From contig OZ059898.1 in assembly GCA_964057225.1 (NCBI GenBank), forward strand, positions 1,736,001 through 1,800,000: a DNA stretch of 64,000 nucleotides. Direction: 5' to 3'. The notes under the pieces were generated by a model, which did no database searches, was not told the DNA's origin, and was given only the letters and a program-made list of their open reading frames with translations. The position numbers and the translations under genes are program-made. Below are positions 11,233 through 25,800 of this stretch, piece by piece. Numbering within the stretch: the first letter of the stretch is position 1; each line of letters opens with the position of its first letter. This stretch comes from Auanema rhodensis. Taxonomy: Eukaryota; Animalia; Nematoda.

Positions 11233-14200
11233 CTGTGTTATCAGATTTGCGCTAGCTTAAAAATGCACCGAGATATCAACTGATATAAGTTCACACTTAT
11301 ATCCTCGATTTTCACCCTGAAGAATTAATTTTTTCGTTGAATAACATTGTCCATCGTCTTTGCCTTGAAAAAAGGAATCTAAAAACATCTACTTTTTGCT
11401 AAATTATTTTGAAATTTTCTGAAAAAATTTTTGTCAAAATGTTTTTGGAAGCAATGTTGAGTGTACATGGAAACTCAACATACACTAATGCATCATTTTT
11501 CAAACGATCATAACTAATTTTTGTATTAAGCGTTTCTCAATGTAGTATAGTGCATTCGATGCGGATTTTTAAGCTGCGTCGATCTGTGTTATCAGATTTG
11601 CGCTAGCTTAAAAATGCACCGAGATATCAACTGATATAAGTTCACACTTATATCCTCGATTTTCACCCTGAAGAATTAATTTTTTTGTTGAATAACATTG
11701 TCCATCGTCTTTGCCTTGAAAAAAGGAATCTAAAAACATCTACTTTTTGCTAAATTATTTTGAAATTTTTTGAAAAAATTTTTGTCAAAATGTTTTTGGA
11801 AGCAATGTTGAGTGTACATGGAAACTCAACATACACTAATGCATCATTTTTCAAACGATCATAACTAATTTTTGTATTAAGCGTTTCTCAATGTAGTATA
11901 GTGCATTCGATGCGGATTTTTAAGCTGCGTCGATCTGTGTTATCAGATTTGCGCTAGCTTAAAAATGCACCGAGATATCAACTGATATAAGTTCACACTT
12001 ATATCCTCGATTTTCACCCTGAAGAATTAATTTTTTTGTTGAATAGTATTGTCCATCGTCTTTGCCTTGAAAAAAGGAATCTAAAAACATCTACTTTTTG
12101 CTAAATTATTTTGAAATTTTTCGAAAAAATTTTTGTCAAAATGTTTTTGGAAGCAATGTTGAGTGTACATGGAAACTCAACATACACTAATGCATCATTT
12201 TTCAAACGATCATAACTAATTTTTGTATTAAGCGTTTCTCAATGTCGTATAGTGCATTCGATGCGGATTTTTAAGCTGCGTCGATCTGTGTTATCAGATT
12301 TGCGCTAGCTTAAAAATGCACCGAGATATCAACTGATATAAGTTCACACTTATATCCTCGATTTTCACCCTGAAGAATTAATTTTTTCGTTGAATAACAT
12401 TGTCCATCGTCTTTGCCTTGAAAAAAGGAATCTAAAAACATCTACTTTATGCTAAATTATTTTGAAATTTTTCGAAAAAATTTTTGTCAAAATGTTTTTG
12501 GAAGCAATGTTGAGTGTACATGGAAACTCAACATACACTAATGCATCATTTTTCAAACGATCATAACTAATTTTTGTATTAAGCGTTTCTCAATGTAGTA
12601 TAGTGCATTCGATGCGGATTTTTAAGCTGCGTCGATCTGTGTTATCAGATTTGCGCTAGCTTAAAAATGCACCGAGATATCAACTGATATAAGTTCACAC
12701 TTATATCCTCGATTTTCACCCTGAAGAATTAATTTTTTTGTTGAATAACATTGTCCATCGTCTTTGCCTTGAAAAAAGGAATCTAAAAACATCTACTTTT
12801 TGCTAAATTATTTTGAAATTTTTCGAAAAAATTTTTGTCAAAATGTTTTTGGAAGCAATGTTGAGTGTACATGGAAACTCAACATACACTAATGCATCAT
12901 TTTTCAAACGATCATAACTAATTTTTGTATTAAGCGTTTCTCAATGTAGTATAGTGCATTCGATGCGGATTTTTAAGCTGCGTCGATCTGTGTTATCAGA
13001 TTTGCGCTAGCTTAAAAATGCACCAAGATATCAACTGATATAAGTTCACACTTATATCCTCGATTTTCACCCTGAAGAATTAATTTTTTTGTTGAATAAT
13101 ATTGTCCATCGTCTTTGCCTTGAAAAAAGGAATCTAAAAACATCTACTTTTTGCTAAATTATTTTGAAATTTTTCGAAAAAATTTTTGTCAAAATGTTTT
13201 TGGAAGCAATGTTGAGTGTACATGGAAACTCAACATACACTAATGCATCATTTTTCAAACGATCATAACTAATTTTTGTATTAAGCGTTTCTCAATGTAG
13301 TATAGTGCATTCGATGCGGATTTTTAAGCTGCGTCGATCTGTGTTATCAGATTTGCGCTAGCTTAAAAATGCACCGAGATATCAACTGATATAAGTTCAC
13401 ACTTATATCCTCGATTTTCACCCTGAAGAATTAATTTTTTCGTTGAATAACATTGTCCATCGTCTTTGCCTTGAAAAAAGGAATCTAAAAACATCTACTT
13501 TTTGCTAAATTATTTTGAAATTTTTCGAAAAAATTTTTGTCAAAATGTTTTTGGAAGCAATGTTGAGTGTACATGGAAACTCAACATACACTAATGCATC
13601 ATTTTTCAAACGATCATAACTAATTTTTGTATTAAGCGTTTCTCAATGTAGTATAGTGCATTCGATGCGGATTTTTAAGCTGCGTCGATCTGTGTTATCA
13701 GATTTGCGCTAGCTTAAAAATGCACCGAGATATCAACTGATATAAGTTCACACTTATATCCTCGATTTTCACCCTGAAGAATTAATTTTTTCGTTGAATA
13801 ACATTGTCCATCGTCTTTGCCTTGAAAAAAGAAATCTAAAAACATCTACTTTTTGCTAAATTATTTTGAAATTTTTTGAAAAAATTTTTGTCAAAATGTT
13901 TTTGGAAGCAATGTTGAGTGTACATGGAAACTCAACATACACTAATGCATCATTTTTCAAACGATCATAACTAATTTTTGTATTAAGCGTTTCTCAATGT
14001 AGTATAGTGCATTCGATGCGGATTTTTAAGCTGCGTCGATCTGTGTTATCAGATTTGCGCTAGCTTAAAAATGCACCGAGATATCAACTGATATAAGTTC
14101 ACACTTATATCCTCGATTTTCACCCTGAAGAATTAATTTTTTCGTTGAATAACATTGTCCATCGTCTTTGCCTTGAAAAAAGGAATCTAAAAACATCTAC

Positions 14201-16848
14201 TTTTTGCTAAATTATTTTGAAATTTTCTGAAAAAATTTTTGTCAAAATGTTTTTGGAAGCAATGTTGAGTGTACATGGAAACTCAACATACACTAATGCA
14301 TCATTTTTCAAACGATCATAACTAATTTTTGTATTAAGCGTTTCTCAATGTAGTATAGTGCATTCGATGCGGATTTTTAAGCTGCGTCGATCTGTGTTAT
14401 CAGATTTGCGCTAGCTTAAAAATGCACCGAGATATCAACTGATATAAGTTCACACTTATATCCTCGATTTTCACCCTGAAGAATTAATTTTTTTGTTGAA
14501 TAACATTGTCCATCGTCTTTGCCTTGAAAAAAGGAATCTAAAAACATCTACTTTTTGCTAAATTATTTTGAAATTTTTTGAAAAAATTTTTGTCAAAATG
14601 TTTTTGGAAGCAATGTTGAGTGTACATGGAAACTCAACATACACTAATGCATCATTTTTCAAACGATCATAACTAATTTTTGTATTAAGCGTTTCTCAAT
14701 GTAGTATAGTGCATTCGATGCGGATTTTTAAGCTGCGTCGATCTGTGTTATCAGATTTGCGCTAGCTTAAAAATGCACCGAGATATCAACTGATATAAGT
14801 TCACACTTATATCCTCGATTTTCACCCTGAAGAATTAATTTTTTTGTTGAATAGTATTGTCCATCGTCTTTGCCTTGAAAAAAGGAATCTAAAAACATCT
14901 ACTTTTTGCTAAATTATTTTGAAATTTTTCGAAAAAATTTTTGTCAAAATGTTTTTGGAAGCAATGTTGAGTGTACATGGAAACTCAACATACACTAATG
15001 CATCATTTTTCAAACGATCATAACTAATTTTTGTATTAAGCGTTTCTCAATGTCGTATAGTGCATTCGATGCGGATTTTTAAGCTGCGTCGATCTGTGTT
15101 ATCAGATTTGCGCTAGCTTAAAAATGCACCGAGATATCAACTGATATAAGTTCACACTTATATCCTCGATTTTCACCCTGAAGAATTAATTTTTTCGTTG
15201 AATAACATTGTCCATCGTCTTTGCCTTGAAAAAAGGAATCTAAAAACATCTACTTTATGCTAAATTATTTTGAAATTTTTCGAAAAAATTTTTGTCAAAA
15301 TGTTTTTGGAAGCAATGTTGAGTGTACATGGAAACTCAACATACACTAATGCATCATTTTTCAAACGATCATAACTAATTTTTGTATTAAGCGTTTCTCA
15401 ATGTAGTATAGTGCATTCGATGCGGATTTTTAAGCTGCGTCGATCTGTGTTATCAGATTTGCGCTAGCTTAAAAATGCACCGAGATATCAACTGATATAA
15501 GTTCACACTTATATCCTCGATTTTCACCCTGAAGAATTAATTTTTTTGTTGAATAACATTGTCCATCGTCTTTGCCTTGAAAAAAGGAATCTAAAAACAT
15601 CTACTTTTTGCTAAATTATTTTGAAATTTTTCGAAAAAATTTTTGTCAAAATGTTTTTGGAAGCAATGTTGAGTGTACATGGAAACTCAACATACACTAA
15701 TGCATCATTTTTCAAACGATCATAACTAATTTTTGTATTAAGCGTTTCTCAATGTAGTATAGTGCATTCGATGCGGATTTTTAAGCTGCGTCGATCTGTG
15801 TTATCAGATTTGCGCTAGCTTAAAAATGCACCGAGATATCAACTGATATAAGTTCACACTTATATCCTCGATTTTCACCCTGAAGAATTAATTTTTTTGT
15901 TGAATAATATTGTCCATCGTCTTTGCCTTGAAAAAAGGAATCTAAAAACATCTACTTTTTGCTAAATTATTTTGAAATTTTTCGAAAAAATTTTTGTCAA
16001 AATGTTTTTGGAAGCAATGTTGAGTGTACATGGAAACTCAACATACACTAATGCATCATTTTTCAAACGATCATAACTAATTTTTGTATTAAGCGTTTCT
16101 CAATGTAGTATAGTGCATTCGATGCGGATTTTTAAGCTGCGTCGATCTGTGTTATCAGATTTGCGCTAGCTTAAAAATGCACCGAGATATCAACTGATAT
16201 AAGTTCACACTTATATCCTCGATTTTCACCCTGAAGAATTAATTTTTTCGTTGAATAACATTGTCCATCGTCTTTGCCTTGAAAAAAGGAATCTAAAAAC
16301 ATCTACTTTTTGCTAAATTATTTTGAAATTTTTCGAAAAAATTTTTGTCAAAATGTTTTTGGAAGCAATGTTGAGTGTACATGGAAACTCAACATACACT
16401 AATGCATCATTTTTCAAACGATCATAACTAATTTTTGTATTAAGCGTTTCTCAATGTAGTATAGTGCATTCGATGCGGATTTTTAAGCTGCGTCGATCTG
16501 TGTTATCAGATTTGCGCTAGCTTAAAAATGCACCGAGATATCAACTGATATAAGTTCACACTTATATCCTCGATTTTCACCCTGAAGAATTAATTTTTTC
16601 GTTGAATAACATTGTCCATCGTCTTTGCCTTGAAAAAAGAAATCTAAAAACATCTACTTTTTGCTAAATTATTTTGAAATTTTTTGAAAAAATTTTTGTC
16701 AAAATGTTTTTGGAAGCAATGTTGAGTGTACATGGAAACTCAACATACACTAATGCATCATTTTTCAAACGATCATAACTAATTTTTGTATTAAGCGTTT
16801 CTCAATGTAGTATAGTGCATTCGATGCGGATTTTTAAGCTGCGTCGAT
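11233..16848 (+). repeat. Higher-order tandem duplication, 8 monomers (2808 bp) x2
   Basis: The SNP series of M33-40 is repeated in M41-48, e.g. p164 T>A at 12449/15257 and p143 G>A at 13832/16640. Confidence 0.9.
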
Positions 16849-19800
16849 CTGTGTTATCAGATTTGCGCTAGCTTAAAAATGCACCGAGATATCAACTGAT
16901 ATAAGTTCACACTTATATCCTCGATTTTCACCCTGAAGAATTAATTTTTTTGTTGAATAGTATTGTCCATCGTCTTTGCCTTGAAAAAAGGAATCTAAAA
17001 ACATCTACTTTTTGCTAAATTATTTTGAAATTTTTCGAAAAAATTTTTGTCAAAATGTTTTTGGAAGCAATGTTGAGTGTACATGGAAACTCAACATACA
17101 CTAATGCATCATTTTTCAAACGATCATAACTAATTTTTGTATTAAGCGTTTCTCAATGTCGTATAGTGCATTCGATGCGGATTTTTAAGCTGCGTCGATC
17201 TGTGTTATCAGATTTGCGCTAGCTTAAAAATGCACCGAGATATCAACTGATATAAGTTCACACTTATATCCTTGATTTTCACCCTGAAGAATTAATTTTT
17301 TCGTTGAATAACATTGTCCATCGTTTTTGCCTTGAAAAAAGGAATCTAAAAACATCTACTTTTTGCTAAATTATTTTGAAATTTTTCGAAAAAATTTTTG
17401 TCAAAATGTTTTTGGAAGCAATGTTGAGTGTACATGGAAACTCAACATACACTAATGCATCATTTTTCAAACGATCATAACTAATTTTTGTATTAAGCGT
17501 TTCTCAATGTCGTATAGTGCATTCGATGCGGATTTTTAAGCTGCGTCGATCTGTGTTATCAGATTTGCGCTAGCTTAAAAATGCACCGAGATATCAACTG
17601 ATATAAGTTCACACTTATATCCTCGATTTTCACCCTGAAGAATTAATTTTTTCGTTGAATAGTATTGTCCATCGTCTTTGCCTTGAAAAAAGGAATCTAA
17701 AAACATCTACTTTTTGCTAAATTATTTTGAAATTTTTCGAAAAAATTTTTGTCAAAATGTTTTTGGAAGCAATGTTGAGTGTACATGGAAACTCAACATA
17801 CACTAATGCATCATTTTTCAAACGATCATAACTAATTTTTGTATTAAGCGTTTCTCAATGTCGTATAGTGCATTCGATGCGGATTTTTAAGCTGCGTCGA
17901 TCTGTGTTATCAGATTTGCGCTAGCTTAAAAATGCACCGAGATATCAACTGATATAAGTTCACACTTATATCCTCGATTTTCACCCTGAAGATTTAATTT
18001 TTTCGTTGAATAACATTGTCCATCGTCTTTGCCTTGGAAAATGGAATCTAAAAACATCTACTTTTTGCTAAATTATTTTGAAATTTTTCGAAAAAATTTT
18101 TGTCAAAATGTTTTTGGAAGCAATGTTGAGTGTACATGGAAACTCAACATACACTAATGCATCATTTTTCAAACGATCATAACTAATTTTTGTATTAAGC
18201 GTTTCTCAATGTAGTATAGTGCATTCGATGCGGATTTTTAAGCTGCGTCGATCTGTGTTATCAGATTTGCGCTAGCTTAAAAATGCACCGAGATATCAAC
18301 TGATATAAGTTCACACTTATATCCTCGATTTTCACCCTGAAGAATTAATTTTTTCGTTGAATAGTATTGTCCATCGTCTTTGCCTTGAAAAAAGGAATCT
18401 AAAAACATCTACTTTTTGCTAAATTATTTTGAAATTTTTCGAAAAAATTTTTGTCAAAATGTTTTTGGAAGCAATGTTGAGTGTACATGGAAACTCAACA
18501 TACACTAATGCATCATTTTTCAAACGATCATAACTAATTTTTGTATTAAGCGTTTCTCAATGTAGTATAGTGCATTCGATGCGGATTTTTAAGCTGCGTC
18601 GATCTGTGTTATCAGATTTGCGCTAGCTTAAAAATGCACCGAGATATCAACTGATATAAGTTCACACTTATATCCTCGATTTTCACCCTGAAGAATTAAT
18701 TTTTTCGTTGAATAACATTGTCCATCGTCTTTGCCTTGAAAAAAGGAATCTAAAAACATCTACTTTTTGCTAAATTATTTTGAAATTTTTTGAAAAAATT
18801 TTTGTCAAAATGTTTTTGGAAGCAATGTTGAGTGTACATGGAAACTCAACATACACTAATGCATCATTTTTCAAACGATCATAACTAATTTTTGTATTAA
18901 GCGTTTCTCAATGTAGTATAGTGCATTCGATGCGGATTTTCAAGCTGCGTCGATCTGTGTTATCAGATTTGCGCTAGCTTAAAAATGCACCGAGATATCA
19001 ACTGATATAAGTTCACACTTATATCCTCGATTTTCACCCTGAAGAATTAATTTTTTCGTTGAATAGTATTGTCCATCGTCTTTGCCTTGAAAAAAGGAAT
19101 CTAAAAACATCTACTTTTTGCTAAATTATTTTGAAATTTTTCGAAAAAATTTTTGTCAAAATGTTTTTGGAAGCAATGTTGAGTGTACATGGAAACTCAA
19201 CATACACTAATGCATCATTTTTCAAACGATCATAACTAATTTTTGTATTAAGCGTTTCTCAATGTCGTATAGTGCATTCGATGCGGATTTTTAAGCTGCG
19301 TCGATCTGTGTTATCAGATTTGCGCTAGCTTAAAAATGCACCGAGATATCAACTGATATAAGTTCACACTTATATCCTCGATTTTCACCCTGAAGAATTA
19401 ATTTTTTTGTTGAATAACATTGTCCATCGTCTTTGCCTTGAAAAAAGGAATCTAAAAACATCTACTTTTTGCTAAATTATTTTGAAATTTTTCGAAAAAA
19501 TTTTTGTCAAAATGTTTTTGGAAGCAATGTTGAGTGTACATGGAAACTCAACATACACTAATGCATCATTTTTCAAACGATCATAACTAATTTTTGTATT
19601 AAGCGTTTCTCAATGTAGTATAGTGCATTCGATGCGGATTATTAAGCTGCGTCGATCTGTGTTATCAGATTTGCGCTAGCTTAAAAATGCACCGAGATAT
19701 CAACTGATATAAGTTCACACTTATATCCTCGATTTTCACCCTGAAGAATTAATTTTTTTGTTGAATAACATTGTCCATCGCCTTTGCCTTGAAAAAAGGA

Positions 19801-22800
19801 ATCTAAAAACATCTACTTTTTGCTAAATTATTTTGAAATTTTTCGAAAAAATTTTTGTCAAAATGTTTTTGGAAGCAATGTTGAGTGTACATGGAAACTC
19901 AACATACACTAATGCATCATTTTTCAAACGATCATAACTAATTTTTGTATTAAGCGTTTCTCAATGTAGTATAGTGCATTCGATGCGGATTTTTAAGCTG
20001 CGTCGATCTGTGTTATCAGATTTGCGCTAGCTTAAAAATGCACCGAGATATCAACTGATATAAGTTCACACTTATATCCTCGATTTTCACCCTGAAGAAT
20101 TAATTTTTTTGTTGAATAACATTGTCCATCGTCTTTGCCTTGAAAAAAGGAATCTAAAAACATCTACTTTTTGCTAAATTATTTTGAAATTTTTCGAAAA
20201 AATTTTTGTCAAAATGTTTTTGGAAGCAATGTTGAGTGTACATGGAAACTCAACATACACTAATGCATCATTTTTCAAACGATCATAACTAATTTTTGTA
20301 TTAAGCGTTTCTCAATGTAGTATAGTGCATTCGATGCGGATTTTTAAGCTGCGTCGATCTGTGTTATCAGATTTGCGCTAGCTTAAAAATGCACCGAGAT
20401 ATCAACTGATATAAGTTCACACTTATATCCTCGATTTTCACCCTGAAGAATTAATTTTTTTGTTGAATAATATTGTCCATCGTTTTTGCCTTGAAAAAAG
20501 GAATCTAGAAACATCTACTTTTTGCTAAATTATTTTGAAAGTTTTCGAAAAAATTTTTGTCAAAATGTTTTTGGAAGCAATGTTGAGTGTACATGGAAAC
20601 TCAACATACACTAATGCATCATTTTTCAAACGATCATAACTAATTTTTGTATTAAGCGTTTCTCAATGTAGTATAGTGCATTCGATGCGGATTTTTAAGC
20701 TGCGTCGATCTGTGTTATCAGATTTGCGCTAGCTTAAAAATGCACCGAGATATCAACTGATATAAGTTCACACTTATATCCTCGATTTTCACCCTGAAGA
20801 ATTAATTTTTTTGTTGAATAACATTGTCCATCGCCTTTGCCTTGAAAAAAGGAATCTAAAAACATCTACTTTTTGCTAAATTATTTTGAAATTTTTCGAA
20901 AAAATTTTTGTCAAAATGTTTTTGGAAGCAATGTTGAGTGTACATGGAAACTCAACATACACTAATGCATCATTTTTCAAACGATCATAACTAATTTTTG
21001 TATTAAGCGTTTCTCAATGTAGTATAGTGCATTCGATGCGGATTTTTAAGCTGCGTCGATCTGTGTTATCAGATTTGCGCTAGCTTAAAAATGCACCGAG
21101 ATATCAACTGATATAAGTTCACACTTATATCCTCGATTTTCACCCTGAAGAATTAATTTTTTTGTTGAATAACATTGTCCATCGTCTTTGCCTTGAAAAA
21201 AGGAATCTAAAAACATCTACTTTTTGCTAAATTATTTTGAAATTTTTCGAAAAAATTTTTGTCAAAATGTTTTTGGAAGCAATGTTGAGTGTACATGGAA
21301 ACTCAACATACACTAATGCATCATTTTTCAAACGATCATAACTAATTTTTGTATTAAGCGTTTCTCAATGTAGTATAGTGCATTCGATGCGGATTTTTAA
21401 GCTGCGTCGATCTGTGTTATCAGATTTGCGCTAGCTTAAAAATGCACCGAGATATCAACTGATATAAGTTCACACTTATATCCTCGATTTTCACCCTGAA
21501 GAATTAATTTTTTCGTTGAATAACATTGTCCATCGTCTTTGCCTTGAAAAAAGGAATCTAAAAACATCTACTTTTTGCTAAATTATTTTGAAATTTTTCG
21601 AAAAAATTTTTGTCAAAATGTTTTTGGAAGCAATGTTGAGTGTACATGGAAACTCAACATACACTAATGCATCATTTTTCAAACGATCATAACTAATTTT
21701 TGTATTAAGCGTTTCTCAATGTAGTATAGTGCATTCGATGCGGATTTTTAAGCTGCGTCGATCTGTGTTATCAGATTTGCGCTAGCTTAAAAATGCACCG
21801 AGATATCAACTGATATAAGTTCACACTTATATCCTCGATTTTCACCCTGAAGAATTAATTTTTTTGTTGAATAACATTGTCCATCGCCTTTGCCTTGAAA
21901 AAAGGAATCTAAAAACATCTACTTTTTGCTAAATTATTTTGAAATTTTTCGAAAAAATTTTTGTCAAAATGTTTTTGGAAGCAATGTTGAGTGTACATGG
22001 AAACTCAACATACACTAATGCATCATTTTTCAAACGATCATAACTAATTTTTGTATTAAGCGTTTCTCAATGTAGTATAGTGCATTCGATGCGGATTTTT
22101 AAGCTGCGTCGATCTGTGTTATCAGATTTGCGCTAGCTTAAAAATGCACCGAGATATCAACTGATATAAGTTCACACTTATATCCTCGATTTTCACCCTG
22201 AAGAATTAATTTTTTTGTTGAATAACATTGTCCATCGCCTTTGCCTTGAAAAAAGGAATCTAAAAACATCTACTTTTTGCTAAATTATTTTGAAATTTTT
22301 CGAAAAAATTTTTGTCAAAATGTTTTTGGAAGCAATGTTGAGTGTACATGGAAACTCAACATACACTAATGCATCATTTTTCAAACGATCATAACTAATT
22401 TTTGTATTAAGCGTTTCTCAATGTAGTATAGTGCATTCGATGCGGATTTTTAAGCTGCGTCGATCTGTGTTATCAGATTTGCGCTAGCTTAAAAATGCAC
22501 CGAGATATCAACTGATATAAGTTCACACTTATATCCTCGATTTTCACCCTGAAGAATTAATTTTTTTGTTGAATAACATTGTCCATCGTCTTTGCCTTGA
22601 AAAAAGGAATCTAAAAACATCTACTTTTTGCTAAATTATTTTGAAATTTTTCGAAAAAATTTTTGTCAAAATGTTTTTGGAAGCAATGTTGAGTGTACAT
22701 GGAAACTCAACATACACTAATGCATCATTTTTCAAACGATCATAACTAATTTTTGTATTAAGCGTTTCTCAATGTAGTATAGTGCATTCGATGCGGATTT

Positions 22801-25800
22801 TTAAGCTGCGTCGATCTGTGTTATCAGATTTGCGCTAGCTTAAAAATGCACCGAGATATCAACTGATATAAGTTCACACTTATATCCTCGATTTTCACCC
22901 TGAAGAATTAATTTTTTTGTTGAATAATATTGTCCATCGTCTTTGCCTTGAAAAAAGGAATCTAAAAACATCTACTTTTTGCTAAATTATTTTGAAATTT
23001 TTCGAAAAAATTTTTGTCAAAATGTTTTTGGAAGCAATGTTGAGTGTACATGGAAACTCAACATACACTAATGCATCATTTTTCAAACGATCATAACTAA
23101 TTTTTGTATTAAGCGTTTCTCAATGTAGTATAGTGCATTCGATGCGGATTTTTAAGCTGCGTCGATCTGTGTTATCAGATTTGCGCTAGCTTAAAAATGC
23201 ACCGAGATATCAACTGATATAAGTTCACACTTATATCCTCGATTTTCACCCTGAAGAATTAATTTTTTTGTTGAATAATATTGTCCATCGTCTTTGCCTT
23301 GAAAAAAGGAATCTAAAAACATCTACTTTTTGCTAAATTATTTTGAAATTTTTCGAAAAAATTTTTGTCAAAATGTTTTTGGAAGCAATGTTGAGTGTAC
23401 ATGGAAACTCAACATACACTAATGCATCATTTTTCAAACGATCATAACTAATTTTTGTATTAAGCGTTTCTCAATGTAGTATAGTGCATTCGATGCGGAT
23501 TTTTAAGCTGCGTCGATCTGTGTTATCAGATTTGCGCTAGCTTAAAAATGCACCGAGATATCAACTGATATAAGTTCACACTTATATCCTCGATTTTCAC
23601 CCTGAAGAATTAATTTTTTCGTTGAATAACATTGTCCATCGTCTTTGCCTTGAAAAAAGGAATCTAAAAACATCTACTTTTTGCTAAATTATTTTGAAAT
23701 TTTTCGAAAAAATTTTTGTCAAAATGTTTTTGGAAGCAATGTTGAGTGTACATGGAAACTCAACATACACTAATGCATCATTTTTCAAACGATCATAACT
23801 AATTTTTGTATTAAGCGTTTCTCAATGTAGTATAGTGCATTCGATGCGGATTTTTAAGCTGCGTCGATCTGTGTTATCAGATTTGCGCTAGCTTAAAAAT
23901 GCACCGAGATATCAACTGATATAAGTTCACACTTATATCCTCGATTTTCACCCTGAAGAATTAATTTTTTCGTTGAATAACATTGTCCATCGTCTTTGCC
24001 TTGAAAAAAGAAATCTAAAAACATCTACTTTTTGCTAAATTATTTTGAAATTTTTTGAAAAAATTTTTGTCAAAATGTTTTTGGAAGCAATGTTGAGTGT
24101 ACATGGAAACTCAACATACACTAATGCATCATTTTTCAAACGATCATAACTAATTTTTGTATTAAGCGTTTCTCAATGTAGTATAGTGCATTCGATGCGG
24201 ATTTTTAAGCTGCGTCGATCTGTGTTATCAGATTTGCGCTAGCTTAAAAATGCACCGAGATATCAACTGATATAAGTTCACACTTATATCCTCGATTTTC
24301 ACCCTGAAGAATTAATTTTTTTGTTGAATAGTATTGTCCATCGTCTTTGCCTTGAAAAAAGGAATCTAAAAACATCTACTTTTTGCTAAATTATTTTGAA
24401 ATTTTTCGAAAAAATTTTTGTCAAAATGTTTTTGGAAGCAATGTTGAGTGTACATGGAAACTCAACATACACTAATGCATCATTTTTCAAACGATCATAA
24501 CTAATTTTTGTATTAAGCGTTTCTCAATGTCGTATAGTGCATTCGATGCGGATTTTTAAGCTGCGTCGATCTGTGTTATCAGATTTGCGCTAGCTTAAAA
24601 ATGCACCGAGATATCAACTGATATAAGTTCACACTTATATCCTTGATTTTCACCCTGAAGAATTAATTTTTTCGTTGAATAACATTGTCCATCGTTTTTG
24701 CCTTGAAAAAAGGAATCTAAAAACATCTACTTTTTGCTAAATTATTTTGAAATTTTTCGAAAAAATTTTTGTCAAAATGTTTTTGGAAGCAATGTTGAGT
24801 GTACATGGAAACTCAACATACACTAATGCATCATTTTTCAAACGATCATAACTAATTTTTGTATTAAGCGTTTCTCAATGTAGTATAGTGCATTCGATGC
24901 GGATTTTTAAGCTGCGTCGATCTGTGTTATCAGATTTGCGCTAGCTTAAAAATGCACCGAGATATCAACTGATATAAGTTCACACTTATATCCTCGATTT
25001 TCACCCTGAAGAATTAATTTTTTCGTTGAATAACATTGTCCATCGCTTTTGCCTTGAAAAAAGGAATCTAAAAACATCTACTTTCTGCTAAATTATTTTG
25101 AAATTTTTCGAAAAAATTTTTGTCAAAATGTTTTTGGAAGCAATGTTGAGTGTACATGGAAACTCAACATACACTAATGCATCATTTTTCAAACGATCAT
25201 AACTAATTTTTGTATTAAGCGTTTCTCAATGTCGTATAGTGCATTCGATGCGGATTTTTAAGCTGCGTCGATCTGTGTTATCAGATTTGCGCTAGCTTAA
25301 AAATGCACCGAGATATCAACTGATATAAGTTCACACTTATATCCTTGATTTTCACCCTGAAGAATTAATTTTTTCGTTGAATAACATTGTCCATCGTTTT
25401 TGCCTTGAAAAAAGGAATCTAAAAACATCTACTTTTTGCTAAATTATTTTGAAATTTTTCGAAAAAATTTTTGTCAAAATGTTTTTGGAAGCAATGTTGA
25501 GTGTACATGGAAACTCAACATACACTAATGCATCATTTTTCAAACGATCATAACTAATTTTTGTATTAAGCGTTTCTCAATGTCGTATAGTGCATTCGAT
25601 GCGGATTTTTAAGCTGCGTCGATCTGTGTTATCAGATTTGCGCTAGCTTAAAAATGCACCGAGATATCAACTGATATAAGTTCACACTTATATCCTCGAT
25701 TTTCACCCTGAAGAATTAATTTTTTCGTTGAATAGTATTGTCCATCGTCTTTGCCTTGAAAAAAGGAATCTAAAAACATCTACTTTTTGCTAAATTATTT

